A stretch of DNA of 64,000 nt from a bacterium (GTDB lineage: Bacteria; Verrucomicrobiota; Verrucomicrobiia; Limisphaerales; RI-55), in assembly GCA_016124235.1 (NCBI GenBank), contig WGOC01000017.1, positions 290,967 to 354,966 of the forward strand. The letters run 5' to 3'. The notes under the pieces are model-generated. The model saw nothing but the letters and a program-made list of their open reading frames with translations. It was not told the origin of the DNA and ran no database searches. Below, in pieces: positions 57,001-64,000 of the stretch (positions within the stretch are counted from its first letter, which is position 1; each line of letters starts with the position of its first letter). The translations under genes were made by a program, and so were the position numbers.

Positions 57001-58869
57001 TTCCAGACAACCAAAGCCGCTTCGTCGAACCACGAGGTCGCCTTCGGCGCGCGGCAGGACATGCCGGCCTACACGCCGGACTGGGTTCCGCTCACGCTGC
57101 TGGCCCGGCCGTTTGCTGCGGAGGACGATTCGTTGCGCTGTCTGCTGAGTTTCCAAACCGGTGCGTATGATCCGCCGAGTCTCGCCAGGACCGAGGCAGA
57201 CATTCCGCTGGGCGCGGCGTTGGTTTGGGCGTCCACGAATGAAGTGCGGCCGGGCTTCGCGCAGGTGGTCATTTTGAAAAACATCGGCAGTCCGCCGCCG
57301 GAAGAACAACCACGCGGGGAGGAAAATGACCTACACCGTCCCCTAGCAAACGTAGAGCAGGCCTGGCCACAACCGATCGACCAACAGCCATCCGCGCAAC
57401 CGAATACGGGCGACACTCCAGGCCGGCACAAGATTATGGAGAAGTTGAGAAAGATCACCATCGAGAAGCTCGTCTATGAAGGAAGGCCGTTGTCAGAGGT
57501 GGTTAATGATTTGAACGACGAGGCGCGTCGCCGGGATCCCGCAGGTGAAGGCATCAATTTCATGCTCGCTTCGTCGATACAAAATACGATTGATCCGGCA
57601 ACGGGCCAGCCCATCGCCACATCTTGGACAGGTGTCAGTCAGCCGGACATTGAGGGCACGACCATCGATATCAATCCGCCCATGTACAACATCAAGCTGA
57701 TCGACGCATTGAACGCGATCGTCCTGGCGGCGGATCGCAAGATCGAATTCAACGTTGATGACTTTGCAGTCATTATCAGGTCGCGGATGCCCGAAACCGA
57801 ACATCTCGAAACGCGCACGTTCCGGGTCAATCCCATCACGTTCTACAAACGACTGATGGATGTGATCGCCAACATGAATGGCACGACCAACAATCCGGAT
57901 GCCAATGCCAGCGGTACGGACCTCCGTTCGTCCACCGATCGCCTGGCTGCATTCAATCAGGCAATACGGGCCTATTTTGACGCGGCCGGTGTCGAGATTG
58001 CCGCTCCCAAGAGGGTCTACTTCAACGACCGTACGGGAATACTGTTGGTCAGGGCAACCCCGGCGGACCTCGAGATTATTCAGCGAGCTGTTGAAATGCT
58101 CAATTACGAGCCGCCGCAGATTACGATTGAAGCGCAGGTCTTCTTCTTGACGGCTGATGATGTTCAGGCAGCCGGACTCCATTGGATTTTGAACGCCGAT
58201 TCAGAAAGCGAATCGGCGGCAACCAATGGTGTTACGCCTGTCTTTACTGAACCTCAGGCCAAAGTCGTGCTTGACGCGCTGAAACAAAGATCTGACGTGG
58301 AGCGACACTTCCTCCCCCGAGTCACGACGCTGAGCGGCAGCCAGACTCAGTTGAAGGCCGTCTCGTTGAAAACGGTTGTTACCGGTAAAGCCAATGGACC
58401 CGCCGGTCCAACCCACCTCTCCAAGGATCTCGAATTGGGCGACGTCCTGGATTTGAAACCTGAAGTCGGCCCGGACGGCTACACCGTCACCCTGGATCTC
58501 AATTTCCATCACAATGAGTTTCTTGGTTACGACGATCCTGCGTCAACCGGACAACCCGAGGGCACCCCGATCTCGAACGTCATCGACCGAAGCGTGACCA
58601 CAAAGGCCAACGTTTGGGACGGCCAAACATTGGCGATCGGAGGCATGATCGTAGAGCGACCGATGATTTACAAAAGCAAGGTTCCTGTTTTGGGCAGCAT
58701 CCCCCTCCTGGGCCGCGCCTTCCGAAGCGAAAGGCATGAAACTGAAACCCGCCATCTCCTTGTCTTGATCACTCCGCGAATCATCGACCCTGCTGGAAAC
58801 ACGGTCCACAAACCGGAAGACATGCCCTTCGCCAAGGACGCCGTCCCGAAACAGCCGGACGAGAAATGA
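54013..58869 (+). CDS. Giant BlaR1/MecR1-family (M56 peptidase) signal-transducer fused to tandem secretin-N/secretin (GspD-like) domains
   Basis: N-terminal four transmembrane helices plus HELIHLRRRD (M56 HExxH). A further transmembrane segment near residue 370 is followed by VEVRIIEIAETNLHNLGLD and QITIEAQVFFLTADDVQAAGLHW (secretin-N-like). The C-terminal secretin signature is VPVLGSIPLLGRAFRSERHETETRHLLVLITPRII. Confidence 0.75.
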   Translation: MNGFIEQLNQWGLTAIPFAAQLLWQTSVLIVVLLALDLVLRNRVRAGFRYTLWTLLLVKLVLPPTIAFPTGVGYWVNRSTKETPVQQTVVLQPKFEVAYPTVVTTEASAFQSVQNFEPLPATEPAPPPPTPKLSRDGWLLVASVSGTLLLLSWMLWRWRWVNRIVKASTSAADELQQLAVDCIQSMRSSGASVLPAACRQKDRRDASPTLRLTDAPMSPAVYGLFRPVILLPRQLVSRLSIEQLRTVLLHELIHLRRRDLWVNCLQSILQIACWWHPLLWLANARIRRVREEAVDEAVASALRDDADAYPATLLEVAKFTITRPLMTLGLVGILESKNALKQRIRRLLEQKPLDSTRLKWWQWTALIGFALAALPMAQGQRDFSSQKSKTSTAEELPKPNSNSPITENDSTPTNVSVEVRIIEIAETNLHNLGLDRPDWILPTGLNTPEAVSFKDGLAILTDPQFRIVIKALEQRQGVNQWFVPRVTTASGKPAQFRLTNSPTSGPRQQNSLLQDFSPLIDVIPYVAADGAMIQTTVAATVGPFADATGSANSLSRPGGGDLADPAHKSYFQDWSNRGTEINADAPKPSPFHIRRITTTANVWNGQTIVLAGSPGHSRAGDSTNTTQTLVFVTPSIVGKQLDWSRANTRPPQPTGKKDQGTDSNPTEPPTNEKRDSTNPNTQTTDLSNLVSAAAVDLQAQKDTLRSLCDKLGYVKLWTFDTATISSPFVEHQLKLLEPQKPELQACIDQLREARNRQNTVEMRLAQTKINAELNKNRGPYDQREAAGAISNQLSSVALELEHARSEYERLKNELGSDPSLNPEQTLSKSEFLRLLPVVQAGIKVNQCSNVLESLRIAAAKQSAQFEGGVPSNLPGSDISRFSPPYSLNDTNLDVMGLHMIRDQSSWPDSRFKGYHPIGLEPRFVLVPIEGLKKALNGQLPVAQPLIVASNQLDALTNSLIEAGAMDHSSAEPMRFGKMSGGVFHWNVASNAVARVQFQTTKAASSNHEVAFGARQDMPAYTPDWVPLTLLARPFAAEDDSLRCLLSFQTGAYDPPSLARTEADIPLGAALVWASTNEVRPGFAQVVILKNIGSPPPEEQPRGEENDLHRPLANVEQAWPQPIDQQPSAQPNTGDTPGRHKIMEKLRKITIEKLVYEGRPLSEVVNDLNDEARRRDPAGEGINFMLASSIQNTIDPATGQPIATSWTGVSQPDIEGTTIDINPPMYNIKLIDALNAIVLAADRKIEFNVDDFAVIIRSRMPETEHLETRTFRVNPITFYKRLMDVIANMNGTTNNPDANASGTDLRSSTDRLAAFNQAIRAYFDAAGVEIAAPKRVYFNDRTGILLVRATPADLEIIQRAVEMLNYEPPQITIEAQVFFLTADDVQAAGLHWILNADSESESAATNGVTPVFTEPQAKVVLDALKQRSDVERHFLPRVTTLSGSQTQLKAVSLKTVVTGKANGPAGPTHLSKDLELGDVLDLKPEVGPDGYTVTLDLNFHHNEFLGYDDPASTGQPEGTPISNVIDRSVTTKANVWDGQTLAIGGMIVERPMIYKSKVPVLGSIPLLGRAFRSERHETETRHLLVLITPRIIDPAGNTVHKPEDMPFAKDAVPKQPDEK

Positions 58870-59032
58870 CGGCCGATCGAGGCTCGCGCCGAACCGGCGA
58901 ATGAACAGGGTTCCATGGGAACACCCCCAACCCACCTTTTAGTCCATAAGCTCAAGTCGAAAAAGTTCGTCGCTCGCAACCAAAGACGTGATCGGTTCGG
59001 CTAAACTTGGAATAGTGTGCTGCCGGCAGTGA

Positions 59033-59052
59033 GACAGGCTGGAAGCCTGTCC
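59033..59052 (+). terminator. GGAA-capped hairpin (GACAGGCT-ggaa-AGCCTGTC) upstream of corA
   Basis: Perfect 8-bp stem followed by CTACTTTGG. It could terminate transcription from the upstream gene or belong to a corA leader. Confidence 0.3.
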
Positions 59053-59143
59053 TACTTTGGATCGCATCGCTTTCGCGCCACTGATCTTTGCCTCCCTGCT
59101 TGCGTTGCTCCCGGGTCTTATTAAGACTCGTCGGCAATCGCGC

Positions 59144-60142
59144 ATGATTCGTTCGCTTGTATTTACCACCCAGGGCCGGCTGCATAGCAAGGACATCGAC
59201 GTGTTCCTGATGCCCACGCTGTTGGCAGACACGAACCTGTTTCTCTGGGTCGACCTCGAGGCGGCGACACCGGAGGAAACAAAATCACTGTTGGAAGGTG
59301 TGTTTCATTTTCACCCGCTCTCCATCGAGGACGCGGTGCAGGAAAGTTCATCGCCGAAGGTCGAGGAGTATCAGCCCAAGGAAGGTGACGGATTTTCGCC
59401 GTACCTGTTCATGGTCATTCACGCCGTGAACTACAGCCGGAAGGACGGTGTGTTCGCGACGACCGAGTTGAATTTCTTCCTCGGGAAGAACTTTCTGGTG
59501 ACGTATCACGAAGTTCCGATTCGGAGTGTCAGCCTGACCGAGGAACGCGCGATCAATTCCAAGATGCACATCGCGCGCGCGCCGGACCGCGTGGCGCACA
59601 CTTTGTTGGACGCCATCGTAGACGCATACAAACCGGCGTTGGAGGAACTCTCGTTGGAAATCGCGGAACTCGAGCAGGAAGTGCTGACGAATCCCAACAA
59701 GGAGGTGCTGAACAAGCTCATCCAGATCAAGAAGGAAGTGCTCCACCTGCGGCAGATCATCGGTCCGCAGCGCGAAGTTTTGGCGCGATTTGCCCGGGGC
59801 GAGTTCAAACTGATCCGGGCACATTTGGTGCCGTATTACCGCGACGTCTACGACGGTTTGTTCAAAATCTACGAACTGGCACAGGGCTATACGGATTCTC
59901 TCACGGCGATTCTCCAGGTCTATTTAAGCATGACCTCCAACGAGACGGGTGAAGTGGTGAAATTGCTGACGCTGATCACGTTGCTCACGACGCCGTTGAT
60001 GATTGTGGGCACCTGGTACGGAATGAATTTTGAGGGCATGCCGGAATTGCGTCACCAGCACGCCTACCCGGTCGCCATTGGATTCACGGTTGTCACGACG
60101 GCGTTGACGTATTGGTTTTTCAAACGGAAGAAGTGGTTTTGA
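59144..60142 (+). CDS. corA: Magnesium/cobalt transporter CorA
   Basis: C-terminal YGMNFEGMPEL motif plus two transmembrane helices and a KRKKWF end. The ATG at 59144 gives 332 aa. The track ORF starts at TTG 59057. Confidence 0.85.
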   Translation: MIRSLVFTTQGRLHSKDIDVFLMPTLLADTNLFLWVDLEAATPEETKSLLEGVFHFHPLSIEDAVQESSSPKVEEYQPKEGDGFSPYLFMVIHAVNYSRKDGVFATTELNFFLGKNFLVTYHEVPIRSVSLTEERAINSKMHIARAPDRVAHTLLDAIVDAYKPALEELSLEIAELEQEVLTNPNKEVLNKLIQIKKEVLHLRQIIGPQREVLARFARGEFKLIRAHLVPYYRDVYDGLFKIYELAQGYTDSLTAILQVYLSMTSNETGEVVKLLTLITLLTTPLMIVGTWYGMNFEGMPELRHQHAYPVAIGFTVVTTALTYWFFKRKKWF

Positions 60143-60149
60143 TCGAATC

Positions 60150-61370
60150 GTGAGTACGCCGAAAAGCAGCTTTTTGGATCGCGTATTGGGTCGGATTGGC
60201 CGGCTCGACAAACAAGGCCTGCAAACCGTCATCGAACGGCTCGCCCGTGAACGGACGTTTCTCGAGACGCTGTTCAACGCGATCGAGGACGGCGTGCTGG
60301 TGATCGATGAATCGGGAAAAATTCTCTACTTCAACCAGGCGGTGACGGATTTGATCGGCTTGCAGGAGCGCGAAGCGGAGGGCCAGAACATCCGCCGTTA
60401 TCTGCCGGACCTCGATTGGGAAACGCTCGCCAAACGCAAAAAAAGCAACTCCGCGCGGGTGTTGCGGCAGGAGTTTGAAGTGTTCTATCCGCGGCAGCGT
60501 TTCATCCGGCTCTACGCGGCTCCACTGAGCAGCGACGGCGACAGTTCGGGCATGGCATTGATCATTCACGACGCCACCGAAGCGCGGCAGCAAACCTTCG
60601 AAGCGATCGAGAGTGAACGGATTGAAGCACTGACACTGCTCGCCGCCAGCGTCGCCCACGAGATCGGCAACCCGCTCAACGCGTTGCACATCCACCTGCA
60701 ATTGATGGAGCGCGAGCTGAAGAAACTTCGCGGCAGTCACGCGGAAGCTTCAAAAAAAATCGCTGGCGCCAGTCTCAAAAAAGACCTGGCCGAAATCACC
60801 GATCGATTGGACAAGTATCTCGAGGTTTGCAAGGGCGAGATCTCGCGGCTCGACTACATTATCACGCAGTTCCTTCAGGCGATCCGGCCCACGAAACCGC
60901 AGCTTGAGGAAGCCTCGCTCAACCAGGCCGTCACCGACACGATCGCGCTTTTGCATCCGGAGCTGGTCAATCGCGGCCTCCAAATCGAGGAGGACCTGGC
61001 TTCCAATCTGCCGATGGCACCGATCGATGCCGGACAGATCAAACAAGTGCTCTTGAACCTGATCAAGAACGCCATGCAGGCGATGACGCGACACGGCAAA
61101 TTGACCTTGGCGACAGGCGTCACCGGCGAAGGTGTGTGGGTCAGTGTGGCCGACACCGGCGGCGGCATTCCGCAGGAAAAGATCAACCAGATTTTTCAGC
61201 CGTTCTTCACAACCAAGAAGAAAGGCACCGGGCTGGGATTGATGATCGTCCAACGAATCGTTCGCGAGCACGGCGGACGGATCGAAGTCGAAAGTCATCT
61301 CGGCACCGGCACCACTTTCCGCATCTGGCTGCCGTTGCACGAGCGCCAGCCACGCTTGCTGAAGGGTTGA
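60150..61370 (+). CDS. PAS-domain sensor histidine kinase (cytoplasmic)
   Basis: PAS region, H-box [13 protein letters not shown] and HATPase motifs GTGLGL. GTG start. Confidence 0.85.
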   Translation: MSTPKSSFLDRVLGRIGRLDKQGLQTVIERLARERTFLETLFNAIEDGVLVIDESGKILYFNQAVTDLIGLQEREAEGQNIRRYLPDLDWETLAKRKKSNSARVLRQEFEVFYPRQRFIRLYAAPLSSDGDSSGMALIIHDATEARQQTFEAIESERIEALTLLAASVAHEIGNPLNALHIHLQLMERELKKLRGSHAEASKKIAGASLKKDLAEITDRLDKYLEVCKGEISRLDYIITQFLQAIRPTKPQLEEASLNQAVTDTIALLHPELVNRGLQIEEDLASNLPMAPIDAGQIKQVLLNLIKNAMQAMTRHGKLTLATGVTGEGVWVSVADTGGGIPQEKINQIFQPFFTTKKKGTGLGLMIVQRIVREHGGRIEVESHLGTGTTFRIWLPLHERQPRLLKG

Positions 61371-61443
61371 GAGTCAGGCCGATTGTTTAGCGTCGGCAGA
61401 AATTATCGCGCGTCGCTTTTACCCACCTGCGCACCTCGTCGTT

Positions 61444-64000
61444 TCAATATTTGAACACGACGTTCAGTCCGAAGGCATTCAAATCAAACCGATCGTGCCG
61501 TTCGTAACGCCACGCAGGAATCAAGGACCATTTGCGGCCGAGCCCCAGATTGGCGCTCAAGCCGATGCTTACCACGCTGTCGTTGCCGATCAGATCTCGA
61601 AACGGGTTGACCGCGCTTTCATCACCCACGGCGAAGCTGAGCCGAGCCGAGCTTTGTTTGGAGAATTCCCAATTCGCATTCATCACCCAGGTGGCCGTCC
61701 ATTCGCTGGTGCCGGTCTTGAGCACGTTATTGTTCAAATAAACACGCGTATCGACGGTCGAGCGCGGATGCCAACGCCAGCTGGCTCCGGGAGCAAATTG
61801 GTAAACATCCAAATCATCGAACGTGAGCCAATCAAAATCCAACGTGAGAAAGAATGGATCGATCACCCGCCGGCTCGCGCCCGCACCGAGCTTGAGCTTT
61901 GGAATGATGTCGCCCTCCACCGACGGCACGACGTGACCGCGCAACACCCAGTCCTGATCGAGGCCGACTCCGTAATCGAGCCGGACGTGCGATGCGTCCG
62001 TGTTGGAACGCTCGAACCAACGATATTCCAAGCCCCAGCTTTGTTTGATCGGCTGCTGCCAGAACACACTCGCATACGCTTCGTGCCAGTCCGACGGATC
62101 AGCCCCACCGACGGTACTGTGCAGATCGCTGAATTCGTATCCGCTCGCAATGCCCCACTGGTTCGCCGTTTGCATGGTTCGCATCGCGGCCAATCGATCA
62201 ACATCGGTCGGGTCGCCACGAAGAATGGATGCGTAAAGCGACCTGGCTTCGCGCACCTGCCCTTTTGCACCCTTTACCTGCGCGGCGAGATCGCGAACAG
62301 CCGGACTGTTGGGATCGTTTCCCACAAGCGGAACAAGCGCGCGATCGGCGGCGGCCACTTCTCCTGCACGCAACAGGGCGACCACCAATCCAGCGCGCAA
62401 TCCGAAGTCGTCCGGGTTTTGTTCCAACCGCGATGCGAATTCGCGGGCGACCCATTCGGGATTGGCGTGCCGGGCCTGACGACTCAACGCCGCAACATCG
62501 GCATCAGGTCGACCCAGGCCCAATGCATGAGCAAACTGATATGCTTGCTCGGCCTGTGGCCAATCACCGTTCAAATCAAACATCCGCCCGGCGGCGAGCC
62601 AAAGGTCTGCATCCGGAATACGGGCGGCTGTCGCGGGCCGCAGAATATCGAGCGCTCGTTCGCGTTGACCAAGACGGATCGCATCGCGAGACGTGCTTCG
62701 CAAAGCGGCGATGGATTGAGCTTCCAGGCGTTCCCAAGGAAGCCACTGCCATTGAAACCACCACGACGATGAGCGAGTGATCGATTTGACTTCCGACGAA
62801 GAAAGAAACGGCTGAGCCGCCGCAATCAGATCTGGAGTCAGCCAGGAAGCTCGAGTATTCGTTCGGACCAGTTCCGCCAGGGCTGCGAAATCATGGGCAT
62901 CGAGCAAGCGTCCCGCCTTCCACGCCAGCAAGGCGCCCGCGTTTGGATGTTGCGCCAGCCCATCGACAATCCATTTGTCCGCCCGGTCGTTCAGCCCGCG
63001 TGCGAGGTCCAGCTCCGCGTGACGGATGAAAAACAGCGGCTCCGAAAAGCCGGATTCCGCGGCGAGCCGCAGCTGTTGTTCCGCCGGCTCAAACTCGCCC
63101 AGACGAGTCAACATCTGGGCGGCTTCCATCCGGGCAGTCGGATTGGGATAAGGTCGAGAAACGAGTTCGCGCAAGACCGCCAGTGCATCGCGCGTTCGCC
63201 CCAACCCGCGCAGCAAGACCGCCTGCCGTTGGGCCGGCTCTGCAGCGTCCGGAAAATCGCTGGCCAGCCGACGATAGATCTCCAGTGCGCCGGCAAATTC
63301 AAATCGCTCCTGACGCCAACGTGCCCGGGTAATTCGCAAATTGAAATTCCTTCCCCCATTCGCCATCCAGCGTTCGCTCACGCGCCAGGCATTCTCGATT
63401 TGGGTCTGGGTGATCCCAGCGTTCGCCAGGGGGACCAAATCTTCGAGTTGTTTGCGAAGTGCCGCGGCCGCTTCAGCCGAACTCCAACGATCGCGCCAAG
63501 TATCAAACCAGATCGCCCGACGCAGCAGCCATTCGTGCTCCAGCGGACTTTCGGCTTCGATGGCAAAGGTGCGAAGTCGGCGTTGCACTTGACCGGCGAG
63601 CCAAACACTAATCGCCTGCGGATCAAACTCGGGCGACAGTGTTCCAGACCACGCGAACGGCGCGGCGATGTACGCCCACCAACCCGCCGCCAACATTTCG
63701 GACATTTCCCCGCTAATTTGGTCCGACGCCGAGCCGGACAATTCTTTGGCGACGCGCGCGAACTGAGCCGCCTCGTTTCGCTGAAGGTGAAGCATCATTT
63801 GTCGCGAAAGCGCGAGAAACAATTCGGCTCTCGCGGGCAGGGATTCATCGTTTTGCCAGGCGGCCAAAGGTGTCGCGCGGGCGAATTCACCGGCGCTCGC
63901 GAGCAGGTGAAGTGCTTGTCCTGAGACGGCGGGCGAAAACGGGTCCAGCAACGCGACCGTGGCAGCCGTATCCAATTCATCCATCCGCAAGAAATGCCAG
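61444..64000 (-). CDS. TPR-repeat protein with C-terminal outer-membrane beta-barrel (PgaA/BcsC- or Slam-like architecture); N-terminus lies beyond the window end
   Basis: Multiple TPR-like helices, then a roughly 270-aa amphipathic-strand region ending ...LNAFGLNVVFKY (aromatic terminus). No signal peptide is visible at the in-window start, and the frame stays open to position 64000. Confidence 0.5.
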   Translation of the reverse strand, partial: WHFLRMDELDTAATVALLDPFSPAVSGQALHLLASAGEFARATPLAAWQNDESLPARAELFLALSRQMMLHLQRNEAAQFARVAKELSGSASDQISGEMSEMLAAGWWAYIAAPFAWSGTLSPEFDPQAISVWLAGQVQRRLRTFAIEAESPLEHEWLLRRAIWFDTWRDRWSSAEAAAALRKQLEDLVPLANAGITQTQIENAWRVSERWMANGGRNFNLRITRARWRQERFEFAGALEIYRRLASDFPDAAEPAQRQAVLLRGLGRTRDALAVLRELVSRPYPNPTARMEAAQMLTRLGEFEPAEQQLRLAAESGFSEPLFFIRHAELDLARGLNDRADKWIVDGLAQHPNAGALLAWKAGRLLDAHDFAALAELVRTNTRASWLTPDLIAAAQPFLSSSEVKSITRSSSWWFQWQWLPWERLEAQSIAALRSTSRDAIRLGQRERALDILRPATAARIPDADLWLAAGRMFDLNGDWPQAEQAYQFAHALGLGRPDADVAALSRQARHANPEWVAREFASRLEQNPDDFGLRAGLVVALLRAGEVAAADRALVPLVGNDPNSPAVRDLAAQVKGAKGQVREARSLYASILRGDPTDVDRLAAMRTMQTANQWGIASGYEFSDLHSTVGGADPSDWHEAYASVFWQQPIKQSWGLEYRWFERSNTDASHVRLDYGVGLDQDWVLRGHVVPSVEGDIIPKLKLGAGASRRVIDPFFLTLDFDWLTFDDLDVYQFAPGASWRWHPRSTVDTRVYLNNNVLKTGTSEWTATWVMNANWEFSKQSSARLSFAVGDESAVNPFRDLIGNDSVVSIGLSANLGLGRKWSLIPAWRYERHDRFDLNAFGLNVVFKY

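Noticed and set aside
61495-63924. Two plus-strand ORFs (425 aa and 343 aa)
   Set aside because: Both are antisense to the TPR/beta-barrel gene.
1-64000. CRISPR arrays, rRNA genes, transposases or integrases
   Set aside because: No regularly spaced direct repeats, no rRNA-like segments, and no DDE or tyrosine/serine-recombinase motifs were seen in any frame.

Overview
This 64-kb window looks like a chromosomal segment from a member of the PVC superphylum (Verrucomicrobiota or Planctomycetota). GC content is about 58-60%. The taxonomic call rests on three things: ECF sigma factors of the Planctomycetes type ('MPGDVT.LLSAIDSGD') paired with giant Ser/Thr kinases; a 'Pirellula/Verrucomicrobium-type' heme-binding dehydrogenase-like protein; and BlaI/BlaR1-like regulators fused to secretin domains. 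Most genes are core housekeeping or envelope functions: argD-like aminotransferase, mogA, pilT, icd, dxs, xseB, corA, quinone oxidoreductase, M1 aminopeptidase, flotillin, an MBOAT/SGNH acylation pair, PQQ-like beta-propellers, and sensor kinases with a sigma54 response regulator.

Three regions stand out:

1. **Defence islet at tRNA-Leu (8.6-13.7 kb).** It sits immediately downstream of tRNA-Leu(CAA) and is compositionally mosaic. A low-GC gene encodes a fused OLD/PARIS-like ABC ATPase with a TOPRIM (DUF4435-like) nuclease domain. Its start and stop codons overlap two paralogous Pol-beta (RlaP-like) nucleotidyltransferase genes. Between it and the second nucleotidyltransferase lie a degenerate nucleotidyltransferase 5' remnant and a DUF433/DUF5615 toxin-antitoxin pair. 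I do not recognise this gene combination as a named defence system.

2. **ECF sigma / Ser-Thr kinase cassettes (19.3-29.0 kb).** Two intact sigma-kinase cassettes share the region with two decayed kinase 5' remnants, a truncated DUF885 gene, and a small zinc-ribbon ORF.

3. **BlaI / BlaR1-secretin pair (53.3-58.9 kb).** A BlaI-family repressor with TACA/TGTA operator dyads lies upstream of a 1618-aa BlaR1 (M56)-secretin fusion protein. A palindrome-rich spacer separates the two genes.

I also note an apparent 1-nt frameshift in an A-run near the 5' end of the argD-like gene. I found no CRISPR array, rRNA, transposase or integrase. Coordinates come from manual codon tracing. The ORF track uses GTG/TTG alternative starts displayed as M, so several starts were moved to internal ATGs that sit in front of signal peptides.
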